Virus record (IMG/VR): IMGVR_UViG_3300027806_000035
Span: 22,447 to 86,446 of that record
Length of the DNA: 64,000 bases
Strand: one strand, 5' to 3'
From: a virus
A model generated the notes under the pieces. It made no database searches. It was not told where the DNA came from and was given only the letters and a program-made list of their open reading frames with translations. Both the position numbers and the translations under genes were made by a program. Positions 63,642-64,000 of the stretch are shown in pieces. Position 1 is the first letter of the stretch. Each line of letters begins with the position of its first letter.

Positions 63642-63880
63642 TCGACCTCCGTAAAGAATCTCTTGCCATTCAGCGTTTTACCGTGACCAGATAGATCGGA
63701 GTCACCATCACGCCAAGTCAAACCGATGTACCAGTCGGTTAGCTTGCAATGGATCAGGTACTGGCCAATACAATCTCTGATGACAACATAAGCCAGTGAG
63801 TCAACGTAAACCACTTTTCCCTTGTCAACTGTCTGACGAATCAGGTCAGCATTGTTGGCCAGATCAACATAAGTCTTCAT
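63638..63880 (-). CDS. Hypothetical phage protein
   Basis: GKVVY...YVVIRDCIGQYLIHC...IGLTWRDG motif. Confidence 0.6.
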   Translation of the reverse strand: MKTYVDLANNADLIRQTVDKGKVVYVDSLAYVVIRDCIGQYLIHCKLTDWYIGLTWRDGDSDLSGHGKTLNGKRFFTEVE

Positions 63881-64000
63881 CGTGAGAACTCCCGCAGATC
63901 ACTTTTTAGCTGACTTACCTGAGCCTCAAACACAAGCAGTTCAGCGCGTTTGCTTGCAATCTCCTCAACGGTATAGTCACTGCGCCGTTCAGTGATCGGC

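Noticed and set aside
1-64000. tRNA, rRNA, integrase or psbA/hli genes
   Set aside because: None recognised by eye; a tRNAscan or HMM run would be needed to exclude divergent copies.

Overview
A 64 kb segment of a tailed dsDNA cyanophage with siphovirus-type morphogenesis genes. The cyanobacterial host is inferred from an nblA-like gene and a cyanobacterial-type sigma-70 factor. Order from left to right: sigma factor, HTH regulator and AEP primase-like replication gene (0.2-4.8 kb); a long minus-strand virion and lysis block (4.9-51.5 kb: holin-like genes, tail fibres, GH19+YkuD endolysin, tail tip, 2466-aa tape measure protein, frameshifted tail chaperones, tail tube, neck, capsid, small basic proteins, scaffold, portal, intein-containing terminase, HNH endonuclease); small accessory genes including nblA and a SLOG protein (51.6-58.8 kb); and a compositionally distinct region (59-62.3 kb) with a G/C-skew flip, two repeat tracts, a wHTH gene and a TerS-like gene. 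The main finding is a TnpA-less tnpB element with intact catalytic motifs inserted in the last codons of the tape measure gene. It supplies a synonymously recoded copy of the last 10 codons (SMKTRKRLGL*), while the original copy of those codons sits exactly where the omegaRNA guide is expected. This is the layout expected of an RNA-guided homing endonuclease with self-immunity by recoding. All protein family assignments come from motif recognition and synteny, not database searches.
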